The translations under genes and the position numbers were made by a program. Under the pieces are notes generated by a model, which saw nothing but the letters and a program-made list of their open reading frames with translations, did no database searches and had not been told where the DNA came from. Positions 10,601 through 20,498 of a DNA stretch of 41,585 bases are shown piece by piece (within the stretch, counting starts at the first letter, position 1; each line of letters starts with the position of its first letter). The stretch lies in the sequence record SRR20825010_1536, one strand, 5' to 3'.

Positions 10601-12465
10601 GAAAAATCCTTTTATCCTCCATTATATTACTGGTTGGAATAACTTTTATCGGCAGATTGTCCTATCTCCAGATATTTAGTTTTTCCCCCAATCAGATATT
10701 GGAAGATCCGGCGATAAAAGCAGTTTATGATTATCCGGAAAGGGGTTATATATACGATAGAAACGGAAAACTTCTGGTGGCAAACCAACCGGCCTATGAC
10801 GTAATGGTCATTCCAAGGGAGGTAAAGCCTTTGGACACCCTTGAATTTTGCAAGCTATTGGGAATTGACAAAGATAGGTTTGTGTCCCAACTAAGGAAAG
10901 CCAGGGTCTATTCCCCTAGACTTCCCTCTGTTTTGGTACCTCAGCTATCCAAAGAGGACTACGGAAGGCTTCAGGAAAAAATGAGGAGATTTGAAGGGTT
11001 CTATATTCAAAAAAGATCACTTAGATATTACGACACCAACAGTGGCGCCAACGTTTTGGGATACATCAGCGAAGTCAACGAATGGGATCTGGAAAGAAAC
11101 CCGTCCTACGCTGCGGGTGAGTTAAAGGGAACTACCGGCATTGAAAAGGAATACGAGACGATCCTAAGGGGACGAAAAGGCGTAAAATACATACAAAAAG
11201 ACCGATTTAATAGAGATATTGGCCCCTATAAGACCGGCACACTGGATACACTCCCAGAGCAGGGAAAACAAATAACCGTTACCATAGACAAAATTCTACA
11301 GGAATACGGTGAAAAGTTGATGACAGGGAAACATGGGGGAATAGTAGCTCTAGAACCGGCCTCCGGTGAGATATTGGCCTTAATTTCAGGACCAACATAC
11401 GACCCGGCCCTATTGGTAGGCAGGGAAAGATCAAGGAACTACAGCAAATTGCATTATGATACCATTTCAAAGCCCACATTTGACCGTTCCATCTTGGCCT
11501 CTCAATCCCCTGGATCGCCATTTAAGACCATAAACGCCCTTGTTGCCCTACAAGAAGGTGCCATTACTCCCGAAACTACTTTTCATTGCTACAACGGTTT
11601 CTACGTAGGCAAAAGAAAAAGAGGCTGCCATTGCGGAGGAGGAACACGAAATTTAAATTCTGGCATATACCTATCATGTAATGCCTATTTTGCAGGGGCT
11701 TTCCGCAAAATCTATGACCAATTTCCAACTTCTGCAGAAGGTATGGATGCATGGGAAAAACATGTAAAAAGTTTTGGATTGGGAACCTTTTTGGGATATG
11801 ACCTCCCCACGGGAAGACCGGGACGAATACCCAACAAGGAATATTACAACCGAATTTATGGAGAAAATAGATGGTCGTCCTCCACTATAATATCCAATTC
11901 CATAGGGCAAGGAGAGGTAGAGGTTACCCCTATTCAACTGGCCAATATGACCGCTGCCATTGCCAATAGAGGACATTATTTTACCCCACATGTGCTTAAA
12001 AAAATAGGGGGCGACGCTATCAGTATCCCAGAATTCACAGAGGCCAAACATACTTCTATTGATAAGAAATATTTTGAACCTGTTGTACAGGGAATGGCCG
12101 AAGTATACAAAAAAGGTACGGCGGCCAGGCTTCAAATAGAGGGAATAGAAATTGCTGGCAAAACAGGAACAGTAGAAAACTTCACAAGAATCAATGGGGA
12201 ACGCACCCAACTAACGGACAACTCTGTTTTTGTTGCCTTTGCACCCGTGGACAATCCAAAAATAGCCATAGCCGTGTACATTGAGAATGGTTACTTTGGA
12301 TCACGATATGCAGGCCACATTGCCTCCTTAATGATTGAAAAATATCTAAAGGGGGAAATAACGAGGGTAGACTTGGAAAAAAGAATGCTTGAAAAAACAT
12401 TGGAAGAAGAATATGCGAAGCCCTATAGCGGACAACCCTTTAAAATAAATGAGCGTGTCTGGTAA
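10597..12465 (+). CDS. mrdA: Penicillin-binding protein 2
   Basis: RGYIYDRNG, SxxK (GSPFK), SxN (SCN), KTG. Confidence 0.95.
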   Translation: MRKILLSSIILLVGITFIGRLSYLQIFSFSPNQILEDPAIKAVYDYPERGYIYDRNGKLLVANQPAYDVMVIPREVKPLDTLEFCKLLGIDKDRFVSQLRKARVYSPRLPSVLVPQLSKEDYGRLQEKMRRFEGFYIQKRSLRYYDTNSGANVLGYISEVNEWDLERNPSYAAGELKGTTGIEKEYETILRGRKGVKYIQKDRFNRDIGPYKTGTLDTLPEQGKQITVTIDKILQEYGEKLMTGKHGGIVALEPASGEILALISGPTYDPALLVGRERSRNYSKLHYDTISKPTFDRSILASQSPGSPFKTINALVALQEGAITPETTFHCYNGFYVGKRKRGCHCGGGTRNLNSGIYLSCNAYFAGAFRKIYDQFPTSAEGMDAWEKHVKSFGLGTFLGYDLPTGRPGRIPNKEYYNRIYGENRWSSSTIISNSIGQGEVEVTPIQLANMTAAIANRGHYFTPHVLKKIGGDAISIPEFTEAKHTSIDKKYFEPVVQGMAEVYKKGTAARLQIEGIEIAGKTGTVENFTRINGERTQLTDNSVFVAFAPVDNPKIAIAVYIENGYFGSRYAGHIASLMIEKYLKGEITRVDLEKRMLEKTLEEEYAKPYSGQPFKINERVW

Positions 12466-13738
12466 AAGTGTCCTTAAGCGCTTGGATTGGTTTAGCGTTC
12501 TAATTTACATTTCCCTAGTTTTTATCGGTTGGATAAATATTTATTCCAGTACATTTACCGACGACAACCCCTCCATATTCAATTTTTCCTCATTACATGG
12601 AAAACAATTGTTTTTTATTGGAACAAGTGCCTTGTCCATTATTATTATCCTGGCTTTGGAAGCCAATTTTTACGAACGATTTTCCAGTCTGTTCTACATT
12701 ATATCCATAGTATTGCTCTTGGGCCTTTTTATATTTGGCAAGACCATTGCCGGGGCGACCTCTTGGTACGACCTTGGTTTTTTTAACCTTCAACCCTCTG
12801 AATTTGCCAAAGTTGCGACCGCACTTGCCCTGGCAAAATATTTAAGCGACATACAGACAGATATAAAGCGGCAGAAAGATCAATTGATTGCAATTTTAAT
12901 TATTTTGATTCCCGCATTCTTGATCATTCCCCAGCCAGATCCAGGAAGTGCCCTGGTCTTCTTTGCCTTGATCTTTGTAATTTTTAGGGAAGGCCTTCCC
13001 CTATACTATCTCGGAATAGGGTTTATGGTAATTCTTATATTTATCTTGACGCTGATGTTCGGTACTATTTGGGTAGCCATAATCCTTGGACTTTTATTGG
13101 CGCTGTTCCTATTATTAAAAAAGCCATCCTTCAAGGTGCCCATAATACCGGTTGCCCTTATTTACGTAGCCATTGTTCTATTCTCCCTTTCGGTCAATTT
13201 TGTTTTTAATTCCGTTTTTGAACAAAGGCATAGGGATCGCTTTAGTCTATGGCTTCGATTGGAAAAGGACCCGAAGAAATTGGAAGAGATCCGAAGGGAC
13301 ATCGGTTACAACACCTATCAATCCGAAAAAGCTATTGAATCGGGCGGAAAATACGGTAAAGGATTTTTGGAGGGAACGCGCACCAAAGGGGATTTTGTCC
13401 CTGAACAACATACAGATTACATATTTAGCACCGTTGGTGAGGAATGGGGATTTGTAGGCACTGCCACCGTGGTAATTCTATTTACCACCTTACTATTACG
13501 GCTGGTATACCTATCCGAACGCCAAAAAAACGACTTTAGTCGTATGTACGGTTATGGCGTAATCTCTATATTGTTTGTACACTATTTCATAAATATAGGT
13601 ATGGTTATAGGAGTACTGCCTACCATTGGAATACCTCTGCCCTTTTTCAGCTATGGAGGTTCTGGTTTGTTGTTTTTTACGGCACTATTGTTCATTTTCC
13701 TAAAATTGGATGCCAATAGACTAAACGAACTGACTTAA
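12449..13738 (+). CDS. rodA: SEDS glycosyltransferase RodA
   Basis: LQPSEFAK, QPDPGS, PEQHTDYIF, LPFFSYGGS. Confidence 0.96.
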   Translation: MSVSGKSVLKRLDWFSVLIYISLVFIGWINIYSSTFTDDNPSIFNFSSLHGKQLFFIGTSALSIIIILALEANFYERFSSLFYIISIVLLLGLFIFGKTIAGATSWYDLGFFNLQPSEFAKVATALALAKYLSDIQTDIKRQKDQLIAILIILIPAFLIIPQPDPGSALVFFALIFVIFREGLPLYYLGIGFMVILIFILTLMFGTIWVAIILGLLLALFLLLKKPSFKVPIIPVALIYVAIVLFSLSVNFVFNSVFEQRHRDRFSLWLRLEKDPKKLEEIRRDIGYNTYQSEKAIESGGKYGKGFLEGTRTKGDFVPEQHTDYIFSTVGEEWGFVGTATVVILFTTLLLRLVYLSERQKNDFSRMYGYGVISILFVHYFINIGMVIGVLPTIGIPLPFFSYGGSGLLFFTALLFIFLKLDANRLNELT

Positions 13739-14547
13739 AATCTCCAACCGCTGGTATTTAAACCAGCCTCCAAAAAATCCTCTTGTTCATCGGGCAAATC
13801 GGTAAAGAAATCTATCCCCGTCATTTTTTCAAGAGAATCCACAGAAACCACAAATTGATCCAATTTTCCGCTACTCTCCTTATTGGGAAAGAGAAACCCT
13901 ATAATCTTTAGATTATCCCCCTGTCCTTTGGCCACTATCTTATAGAAATATTTTGGAACTGCCACATCCTCCTCCCCTATACTGGGCAACCCCCTTTCCA
14001 AAACTCCCGCAGTTACAACAAATAATGGACCATCCTTCTTGGCCCAATACCTCACCTGCTGCTCCAACCTATTCCAGACTCCTGCGTTAAATTCCCTATC
14101 CTGTGGAGTAATATTGCTCGTGTAAAAAGTTTCGTTATAGGCATTTTTGGAGAATCTGCGATCCCCGGCCGGACATAAATGCCCCCTATCATATCCCGAG
14201 CCTTTGTAGTTCCTCCAATCTGCCGATCTGCTACTCACCTTAGGATCCTCAAGAAAAAGTGGTCTTTTCCTATCATCATAGGTTAAGTGCGATTTCTCCA
14301 ATACATAGGCCACCCACTCCGCCTGTTCATAAGCTTCATTATAGGACAGGGCAAAATGGGCATGCTGTACTATTTCACCAGTGGTGGAACTAGGCCATAG
14401 CCATTGCGGAATTTCCGTCCTATCTCCCTCTCCTTCAGGCAAGGAATAAGGGGCGGGCGTGTAAAAATTATCGAATATCCAAAATAGGACCACACAAACC
14501 AGCAACAGGGTGGTATAAATTATCCTATTTTTCCTATATTTATTCAT
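13735..14547 (-). CDS. DNA/RNA non-specific endonuclease (NucA/EndoG family), membrane-anchored
   Basis: YDRGHLCP active site, SNITPQ...FNAGVWNRLE; basic N-terminus plus TM helix from ATG 14547. Confidence 0.92.
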   Translation of the reverse strand: MNKYRKNRIIYTTLLLVCVVLFWIFDNFYTPAPYSLPEGEGDRTEIPQWLWPSSTTGEIVQHAHFALSYNEAYEQAEWVAYVLEKSHLTYDDRKRPLFLEDPKVSSRSADWRNYKGSGYDRGHLCPAGDRRFSKNAYNETFYTSNITPQDREFNAGVWNRLEQQVRYWAKKDGPLFVVTAGVLERGLPSIGEEDVAVPKYFYKIVAKGQGDNLKIIGFLFPNKESSGKLDQFVVSVDSLEKMTGIDFFTDLPDEQEDFLEAGLNTSGWRF

Positions 14548-14738
14548 AGTGTAAATATAGATTAAAACTACCATTCGGGAATTTCCATAGCTGTAAGTAT
14601 TGGTCTTTTTGTACGACCAATTTTGTGCATAAAAATGTTGATGGCCCAATCATTTCAACACTCCCAATGCCACTAAAGACAAATATTATATACAATACCG
14701 ATTACCATATAAACAATAAAAAAGAAAGGAAAATATTC

Positions 14739-15203
14739 ATGTTAACTTGGAAAGATATTATTAATTATAGTGTAAAGGGAAACCCACTGCCCGATAAAAG
14801 AGTGGAAAAAACAGAAGAGGAATGGCGAGACCTACTAACTCCGGAACAATTTAGGATTACAAGAAACAAGGGAACCGAAGCACCACATAGCGGTGCGCTT
14901 TGCAGTAGCCATGAGGCGGGGAAATATAGTTGTATATGTTGTGAAACCCCCTTATTCGATTCCACCATAAAATTTAATTCGGGCACGGGCTGGCCAAGTT
15001 TTACACAGCCTATAAAAGAAAACGCCATTAAATACCACAAGGACACTTCTTTTGGTATGCTAAGGGTAGAAGTAATGTGCAATACCTGTGATGCCCATTT
15101 GGGGCATGTGTTTCCGGACGGACCAGAACCCAGTGGCTTGCGTTATTGTATTAATTCAGAATCTATGAAAATAGTTAAAGAAAGGGTATCAGATGAGCAG
15201 TAA
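14739..15203 (+). CDS. msrB: Peptide methionine-R-sulfoxide reductase MsrB
   Basis: GTE, C.CC and CNTC Zn ligands, GWPSF, HLGHVFPDGP, RYCINS; start moved to ATG 14739. Confidence 0.96.
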   Translation: MLTWKDIINYSVKGNPLPDKRVEKTEEEWRDLLTPEQFRITRNKGTEAPHSGALCSSHEAGKYSCICCETPLFDSTIKFNSGTGWPSFTQPIKENAIKYHKDTSFGMLRVEVMCNTCDAHLGHVFPDGPEPSGLRYCINSESMKIVKERVSDEQ

Positions 15204-15744
15204 AAAATTAGAGATCGCTACCGTAGGAGGTGGATGCTTTTGGTGCGTAGAAGCCATTTTCCAGGAAGTGCGTGGTGTACAAAAGGTAATTTCGGGATAT
15301 ACCGGCGGAAATGCGCCGGGCAAGCCTACCTATAGGGAAGTATGTTCTGGCCTAACTGGCCATGCGGAAGTGGTACAAATAACCTATGACGCCAATATCA
15401 TCTCCTTTGAGGACATCTTGGTCATTTTTATGACCACCCATGACCCTACCACCTTAAATAGACAGGGAGCAGATATAGGGACTCAATACAGATCTGTAAT
15501 ATACTATCATAACGACTCCCAAAAAGAAATTGCCGGGTTGGTCCTAAAGGAAGTGGCGCCATATTACGAGCAGGCCATTGTTACGGAAATAAGTCCTTTG
15601 GAAACTTTTTATGAGGCCGAAGAATATCATCAGGATTATTATAGAAATAATCAGTCGCAGGGCTACTGTAGCGCCGTTATTTCCCCAAAAATAAGCAAGC
15701 TTAGAAAAATGCATGCCGATAAAATTAAAAGAACAAAAGTTTAG
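15193..15744 (+). CDS. msrA: Peptide methionine-S-sulfoxide reductase MsrA
   Basis: GGGCFWC, TGHAEVVQ, HDPTTLNRQG.D.GTQYRS, AEEYHQDYY; overlaps the msrB end. Confidence 0.97.
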   Translation: MSSKKLEIATVGGGCFWCVEAIFQEVRGVQKVISGYTGGNAPGKPTYREVCSGLTGHAEVVQITYDANIISFEDILVIFMTTHDPTTLNRQGADIGTQYRSVIYYHNDSQKEIAGLVLKEVAPYYEQAIVTEISPLETFYEAEEYHQDYYRNNQSQGYCSAVISPKISKLRKMHADKIKRTKV

Positions 15745-15923
15745 GCACACCAACTATTGGCATAGCCTATTTTGGGAATAATTACAAGGGCATCATATAG
15801 GAGATAAGGTAAGGCCAATAATTAATCGTGGCCCGTTCCATATTTATCCAATACAGCGGGCATTCTAAAACAATTCCGCATAATTTGGAAATTACAATCA
15901 TCAAAATTTATAGGGAGTATTAA

Positions 15924-16220
15924 ATGCAAAATAACATTAACACAGATAATTTGACCGTAGTGCACGAAAAAGATAACAATAGATTTACCATGGCTATTAA
16001 TGGCGAAATTGCCAAGGTGGTATACCAGTTACGGGATCATAAAATGTATTTGACCTATTCCGAGGTACCCTTTAAACTTAGGGGCAAAGGATATGGCAAG
16101 GAACTAGTGGAGTGCAGCTTTGAGCAGTTGACCAAAGAAGGATATAAGGCAGTAGCGGTATGCTCATATATAAAGGCTGTTGCCAGAAGAAGTGAAAAAT
16201 GGAACTCGATAATTGAATAA
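15924..16220 (+). CDS. Small GNAT-fold acetyltransferase (YjdJ-like)
   Basis: 98 aa; EVP..LRGKGYG acetyl-CoA motif; conserved Cys in VCSYI. Confidence 0.82.
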   Translation: MQNNINTDNLTVVHEKDNNRFTMAINGEIAKVVYQLRDHKMYLTYSEVPFKLRGKGYGKELVECSFEQLTKEGYKAVAVCSYIKAVARRSEKWNSIIE

Positions 16221-16227
16221 ACATCTT

Positions 16228-17796
16228 ATGAACCTTAACATTAAGGATACCTTTAATACTGAACTCCCTGCCGACCCTGTCCGCGAAAATACAAGAAGAC
16301 AGGTCATGCAGGCATGCTATTCCTATGTAAAACCAAAATCGACCGCAAACCCTAGTTTGATCCATGCCTCCAATGAATTGGCCGAGGATCTGGGGCTGAC
16401 CCAAGACGATCTAAAGTCCGAGGAGTTCATTAGTATTTTTAGTGGAAACTCGGTAATACCTGGCACCAATCCTTATGCCATGTGCTACGGTGGTCACCAA
16501 TTTGGTAATTGGGCCGGACAGCTGGGAGATGGCCGTGCCATTAATTTATTCGAAATTAACCACAATAATAAACAATGGGCGCTACAACTTAAGGGCGCAG
16601 GGGAAACCCCTTATTCCAGAACCGCCGACGGACTGGCGGTATTGCGTTCCTCTATTAGGGAATACCTTTGCAGCGAAGCTATGTATCACTTGGGAGTACC
16701 CACTACAAGAGCACTATCACTAGTCCTTACAGGAGATCAAGTACTAAGGGATGTACTATATAATGGCAATCCTGAATACGAAAAGGGAGCCGTGGTTTGC
16801 AGGGTGGCACCCTCTTTTATTCGCTTTGGAAATTTTGAAATTCTTGCGGCCAGACAGGATAAAAAAACCTTAAGAACACTCACGGATTACACTATAAGGC
16901 ATTTCTTTCCTAATATAAAGGAGGGTAGCAAGGAAGCTTATCTCCAATTTTTTAGGGAGGTTACCAACAACACCCTTGATATGATCATCCACTGGCAACG
17001 CGTAGGTTTTGTGCATGGGGTAATGAATACAGATAACATGTCAATTCTTGGTCTCACTATAGATTACGGCCCCTATGGATGGCTGGAAGGTTACGAAGAA
17101 GGTTGGACCCCCAATACCACAGACCGGCAGTATAAGCGCTATAGATATGGGAATCAAATAAACATTGGCCTATGGAACCTTTATCAATTGGCAAATGCCC
17201 TTTTCCCCTTAATAGAGGATGCCAAAGCGCTTGAAGGAATATTAACGGAATACCGTAATAATTATTCCACAAAATATCTCTCGATGATGAAATCTAAAAT
17301 TGGGCTTTTCAATAATGATGAAAATGACGCAGAGCTTTTGGGCAGATTGGAAGACAACTTACAATTGACCGAAACGGATATGACCATATTTTTTAGAAAT
17401 CTAAACCGTATTACAAAAGATAGTTCTACAAATGAAGACTTTTTGAACCCAGTGATGGATGCCTTTTACGTAAAAGAAGAAGTCAAGGGCGATATCCTGA
17501 AAAAATGGAAGTTATGGTTTACCGAATACGTAGATAGATTGCAAAAGGAAAATATAAGCGACCGGCAGAGAGCGGAAAAAATGAACGAAGTAAACCCAAA
17601 ATATGTCCTGAGAAATTACATGGCTCAACTGGCTATAGATGCTGCGGACAAAGGGGACTACTCCCTCTTGGATGAATTTTTCCAATTATTAAAAAATCCG
17701 TATCAAGAGCAAAAGCAAGCAGAAAAATGGTTTGTTAAGCGACCGGAATGGGCCAGGCACAAAGTAGGATGTTCCATGCTGTCCTGTAGCTCATAG
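16228..17796 (+). CDS. selO: Protein adenylyltransferase SelO/YdiU
   Basis: YGGHQFG.WAGQLGDGRA, LKGAG.TPYSR.ADG, HGVMNTDN, IDYGPYG, NPKYVLRNY, C-terminal SCSS; ATG 16228 preferred over TTG 16213. Confidence 0.95.
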   Translation: MNLNIKDTFNTELPADPVRENTRRQVMQACYSYVKPKSTANPSLIHASNELAEDLGLTQDDLKSEEFISIFSGNSVIPGTNPYAMCYGGHQFGNWAGQLGDGRAINLFEINHNNKQWALQLKGAGETPYSRTADGLAVLRSSIREYLCSEAMYHLGVPTTRALSLVLTGDQVLRDVLYNGNPEYEKGAVVCRVAPSFIRFGNFEILAARQDKKTLRTLTDYTIRHFFPNIKEGSKEAYLQFFREVTNNTLDMIIHWQRVGFVHGVMNTDNMSILGLTIDYGPYGWLEGYEEGWTPNTTDRQYKRYRYGNQINIGLWNLYQLANALFPLIEDAKALEGILTEYRNNYSTKYLSMMKSKIGLFNNDENDAELLGRLEDNLQLTETDMTIFFRNLNRITKDSSTNEDFLNPVMDAFYVKEEVKGDILKKWKLWFTEYVDRLQKENISDRQRAEKMNEVNPKYVLRNYMAQLAIDAADKGDYSLLDEFFQLLKNPYQEQKQAEKWFVKRPEWARHKVGCSMLSCSS

Positions 17797-17828
17797 ACTA
17801 AGAACACCATTAACGCCTTGGAAATAAA

Positions 17829-18080
17829 ATGCTCTTAAAATATATAAAAGCCATTCCATTGGGCTACTCTATCGTCCTGTTCCAAAGCAAAAAATATGCC
17901 CTTACCCGAACAGATTTCAATGAAGGAAGGAGTACCAAAGTCTATGCAGAGGAGTTGGGCGGCAAAGATTTCATCAGTTTTAACTTTTATATTTCGGAAA
18001 AGGGGGAGCAGTTAAAGCCCTGTGAAATGCCGGCCGAAAAGGTGATCTATTTTTTAACCAATTACCACTTATTGCAATAA
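17829..18080 (+). CDS. Small conserved hypothetical protein with LKPCEMP motif
   Basis: 83-aa ORF 32 nt after selO, before a terminator; AEELGG.DFISFN.Y...LKPCEMP. Confidence 0.75.
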   Translation: MLLKYIKAIPLGYSIVLFQSKKYALTRTDFNEGRSTKVYAEELGGKDFISFNFYISEKGEQLKPCEMPAEKVIYFLTNYHLLQ

Positions 18081-18101
18081 GAAACAAGATAGAAAATTCA
18101 T

Positions 18102-18130
18102 AAAAAAAACCTGCTCCAAGAGCAGGTTTT
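18102..18130. terminator. Bidirectional intrinsic terminator
   Basis: AAAACCTGCTC-CAA-GAGCAGGTTTT between convergent genes. Confidence 0.85.
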
Positions 18131-18152
18131 AATTTATTATGATTATCTACAA

Positions 18153-20321
18153 TTAGCCTTTTACACTGGCCAATTTAGAATTCTTTATGTTATTCAATTT
18201 AAGATCCTGCAAAACGTTAACAGCCTCCTCTACATAAACATCCTTGGCCAAATCTTTATGCCAACGATCACGCTTTTCCCTTAGTACAGAGTCTTGCGTA
18301 AACAACTCCTTTTCATATTGCAAAGATTCAAAGCTTAAGTGAGAATCGTAATCCGAGATGGTCTTAAAATACTTGGCTTTTTCCTTATCCAATTCCAACC
18401 CCTTCTTATATTCGTCATATTTCAAAGAGACTACGGTTTCATCCTGTGCTTTTTTGATCCACTGGGCATTTTCCTCTATCAATTTTATTTGATTGTTCTG
18501 GGCCATTCTTTTAGTACTGCTGGCAATAGTGGCCTCGTAATCAATATAACCATCCCAAGGAGTATACTCCGCTGGGGAAATTTTATCCCAGGTCAAGGGA
18601 TTTTCCTGATCCCTTTCCCCTAGGTCTATATAACTATAACGATCTGGAACAACAACATCGCTCTTAACCCCTTCCAATTGGGTAGATCCCCCATTTATTC
18701 TATAGAATTTTTGTGTAGTCAACTTAATAGCCCCAAGATCACCGTGCTCATTGCCTCTTACAATATTCTCCAAGGGAATTACATTTTGAACGGTTCCCTT
18801 ACCGAAGGTTTGTTTGCTACCTATAACCACCCCTCTTTTATAATCCTGAATGGCCGCAGCCAAAATCTCGGATGCAGAAGCAGACAATTCATTTACCAAA
18901 ACTACCAATGGTCCATCCCATTGTATACGTTCGTCCTTATCATTGTAAACTTCTGGTTTTTTATCGGTAGACCTTACCTGTACAATTGGTCCGTCCTTAA
19001 TAAACAACCCAGCCATTTCAACCACTGTTTTAAGGGATCCGCCACCATTATCACGAAGATCCAAGATCAACCCCTCCGCTCCTGCTTCTTTTAGTCTTTC
19101 TACTTCCTGCGCCACATCCGTAGCGGCATTTCTTTCATTATAGTCCTCAAAATCCACATAAAACTTGGGTAGATTGATAAGTCCATATTTTTGGTTACCC
19201 TTAATTATGGCGGCAGATTTGGCATAGGACTCTTCCAATTCCACCACATCCCTCGTAAGGGAAATTACCACAAGGGAACCATCTACTTTTCTAACCGTCA
19301 AATCTACGATAGTACCTTTAGGGCCTTTTATAAACTTTATGGCATCATCCAAACGCATACCAACAATATCCACTGGTGCTTCCCCATTCTGACCTACTTT
19401 TAATATCTCATCACCAACTTCCAATTGCTGATCTCTCCATACGGGTCCACCGGAAATAATTTCTACAATTTTGGTCTGATCTTTTTTCTTTTGAAGTCGG
19501 GCACCAATACCTTCAAATTTACCAGACATACTGGTATCAAATTTTTCTTTGTCGTCCGGAGCAAAATAGAAGGTATGTGGATCAAATACTTCAACTATGG
19601 TGTTCAAGTATTGTACAAACCAATCCTTACGTTCCAAATCATCTACAAAATCGAAATAATCATCCAGGGTATTCTTGGTAGATTCCCTTGCTGCCTTTTC
19701 AGCCTGCTCCGGAGTTAATGGTCCGGCAGCACTGTTTTCGTCTTCAAAAGCCACAGGCTCACCCCCATCAGTTCCCGCCTTGGCAGATTCCTTGTTCAAA
19801 TTAAGTTTGGAATCGTAAGTGCCCAAAGTGGCATATTTTAACTGCTTTCTCCACCGTTCTTTCAAATCTTTGCGAGAGTCCACATATCCTTGACCATCGT
19901 AATTGATTTCAATGGTTTCGTCCACCGAATAATCAAAAGGTTCATCCAAAACCTCTTTATAGATCTCCTTGGCATCTTCCATTCGCTTCAATAGGCGTTG
20001 GTAGACCATATCAAAAAAAGTTATATCGGTATTCTTTATCTGATCGTCCAACTGAAACTTATATTTTTCAAATTCCTGAATATCGCTTTCCAAAAAATAT
20101 CTTTTTGTGGGATCTAAAATATCCAAAAAGCCTTCAAAAACATTAACCGAAAAATCATCGTCAATATCTTTTGGCTGGTAATGGCCGCGTTCCAATACAT
20201 AGGTAATAAGATCCAACAATAATTTGTCCTTGTCATCAGTTTCAAAAGATTTGTTGGTAAAACTGCATGAAGCTACGGCAACAAGCATTACAATCAATGC
20301 GTAGGCTAAATTTCTTTTCAT
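18153..20321 (-). CDS. prc: Carboxy-terminal processing protease (Prc/Tsp, S41A), probable lipoprotein
   Basis: VASC lipobox-like, DPHT.Y, PDZ (FEGIGA), DLRDNGGG, SASASEI, TFGKGTVQ. Confidence 0.92.
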   Translation of the reverse strand: MKRNLAYALIVMLVAVASCSFTNKSFETDDKDKLLLDLITYVLERGHYQPKDIDDDFSVNVFEGFLDILDPTKRYFLESDIQEFEKYKFQLDDQIKNTDITFFDMVYQRLLKRMEDAKEIYKEVLDEPFDYSVDETIEINYDGQGYVDSRKDLKERWRKQLKYATLGTYDSKLNLNKESAKAGTDGGEPVAFEDENSAAGPLTPEQAEKAARESTKNTLDDYFDFVDDLERKDWFVQYLNTIVEVFDPHTFYFAPDDKEKFDTSMSGKFEGIGARLQKKKDQTKIVEIISGGPVWRDQQLEVGDEILKVGQNGEAPVDIVGMRLDDAIKFIKGPKGTIVDLTVRKVDGSLVVISLTRDVVELEESYAKSAAIIKGNQKYGLINLPKFYVDFEDYNERNAATDVAQEVERLKEAGAEGLILDLRDNGGGSLKTVVEMAGLFIKDGPIVQVRSTDKKPEVYNDKDERIQWDGPLVVLVNELSASASEILAAAIQDYKRGVVIGSKQTFGKGTVQNVIPLENIVRGNEHGDLGAIKLTTQKFYRINGGSTQLEGVKSDVVVPDRYSYIDLGERDQENPLTWDKISPAEYTPWDGYIDYEATIASSTKRMAQNNQIKLIEENAQWIKKAQDETVVSLKYDEYKKGLELDKEKAKYFKTISDYDSHLSFESLQYEKELFTQDSVLREKRDRWHKDLAKDVYVEEAVNVLQDLKLNNIKNSKLASVKG

Positions 20322-20482
20322 CTATTCTTTTTTATTGTTTTTCCACATTTGGAGTAATTTTTTAAATAGAAACCACCCCTCCTTTTTGTTATCTTACAAT
20401 CATCTAAAATTAATCAAACCACCTCTGCAATCCAAGTTTTGCCTTTCAAAAGTGGTCTAATATGCCAATTACTCTAAGATAA

Positions 20483-20498
20483 CGAAAAAATCGTGCCA
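20483..20498 (-). promoter_or_regulatory. Putative sigma54-like promoter for prc
   Basis: Minus strand TGGCACGATTTTTTCG: perfect -24 TGGCACG, but TC instead of GC at -12. Confidence 0.4.

Noticed and set aside
13735-14547. Endonuclease as a defence or toxin gene
   Set aside because: Membrane-anchored NucA-type enzyme with no immunity, methylase or mobile neighbours.
14548-14738. Apparent head-to-head overlap of the endonuclease and msrB ORFs
   Set aside because: Artefact of longest-ORF calling; likely starts at 14547 and 14739 leave a normal divergent spacer.
15745-15923. Possible sRNA or gene remnant between msrA and the GNAT gene
   Set aside because: Only weak short inverted repeats; no convincing terminator, promoter or ORF.
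17780-17830. Selenocysteine recoding at the selO end
   Set aside because: Cys is TGT and the stop is TAG; no in-frame TGA.
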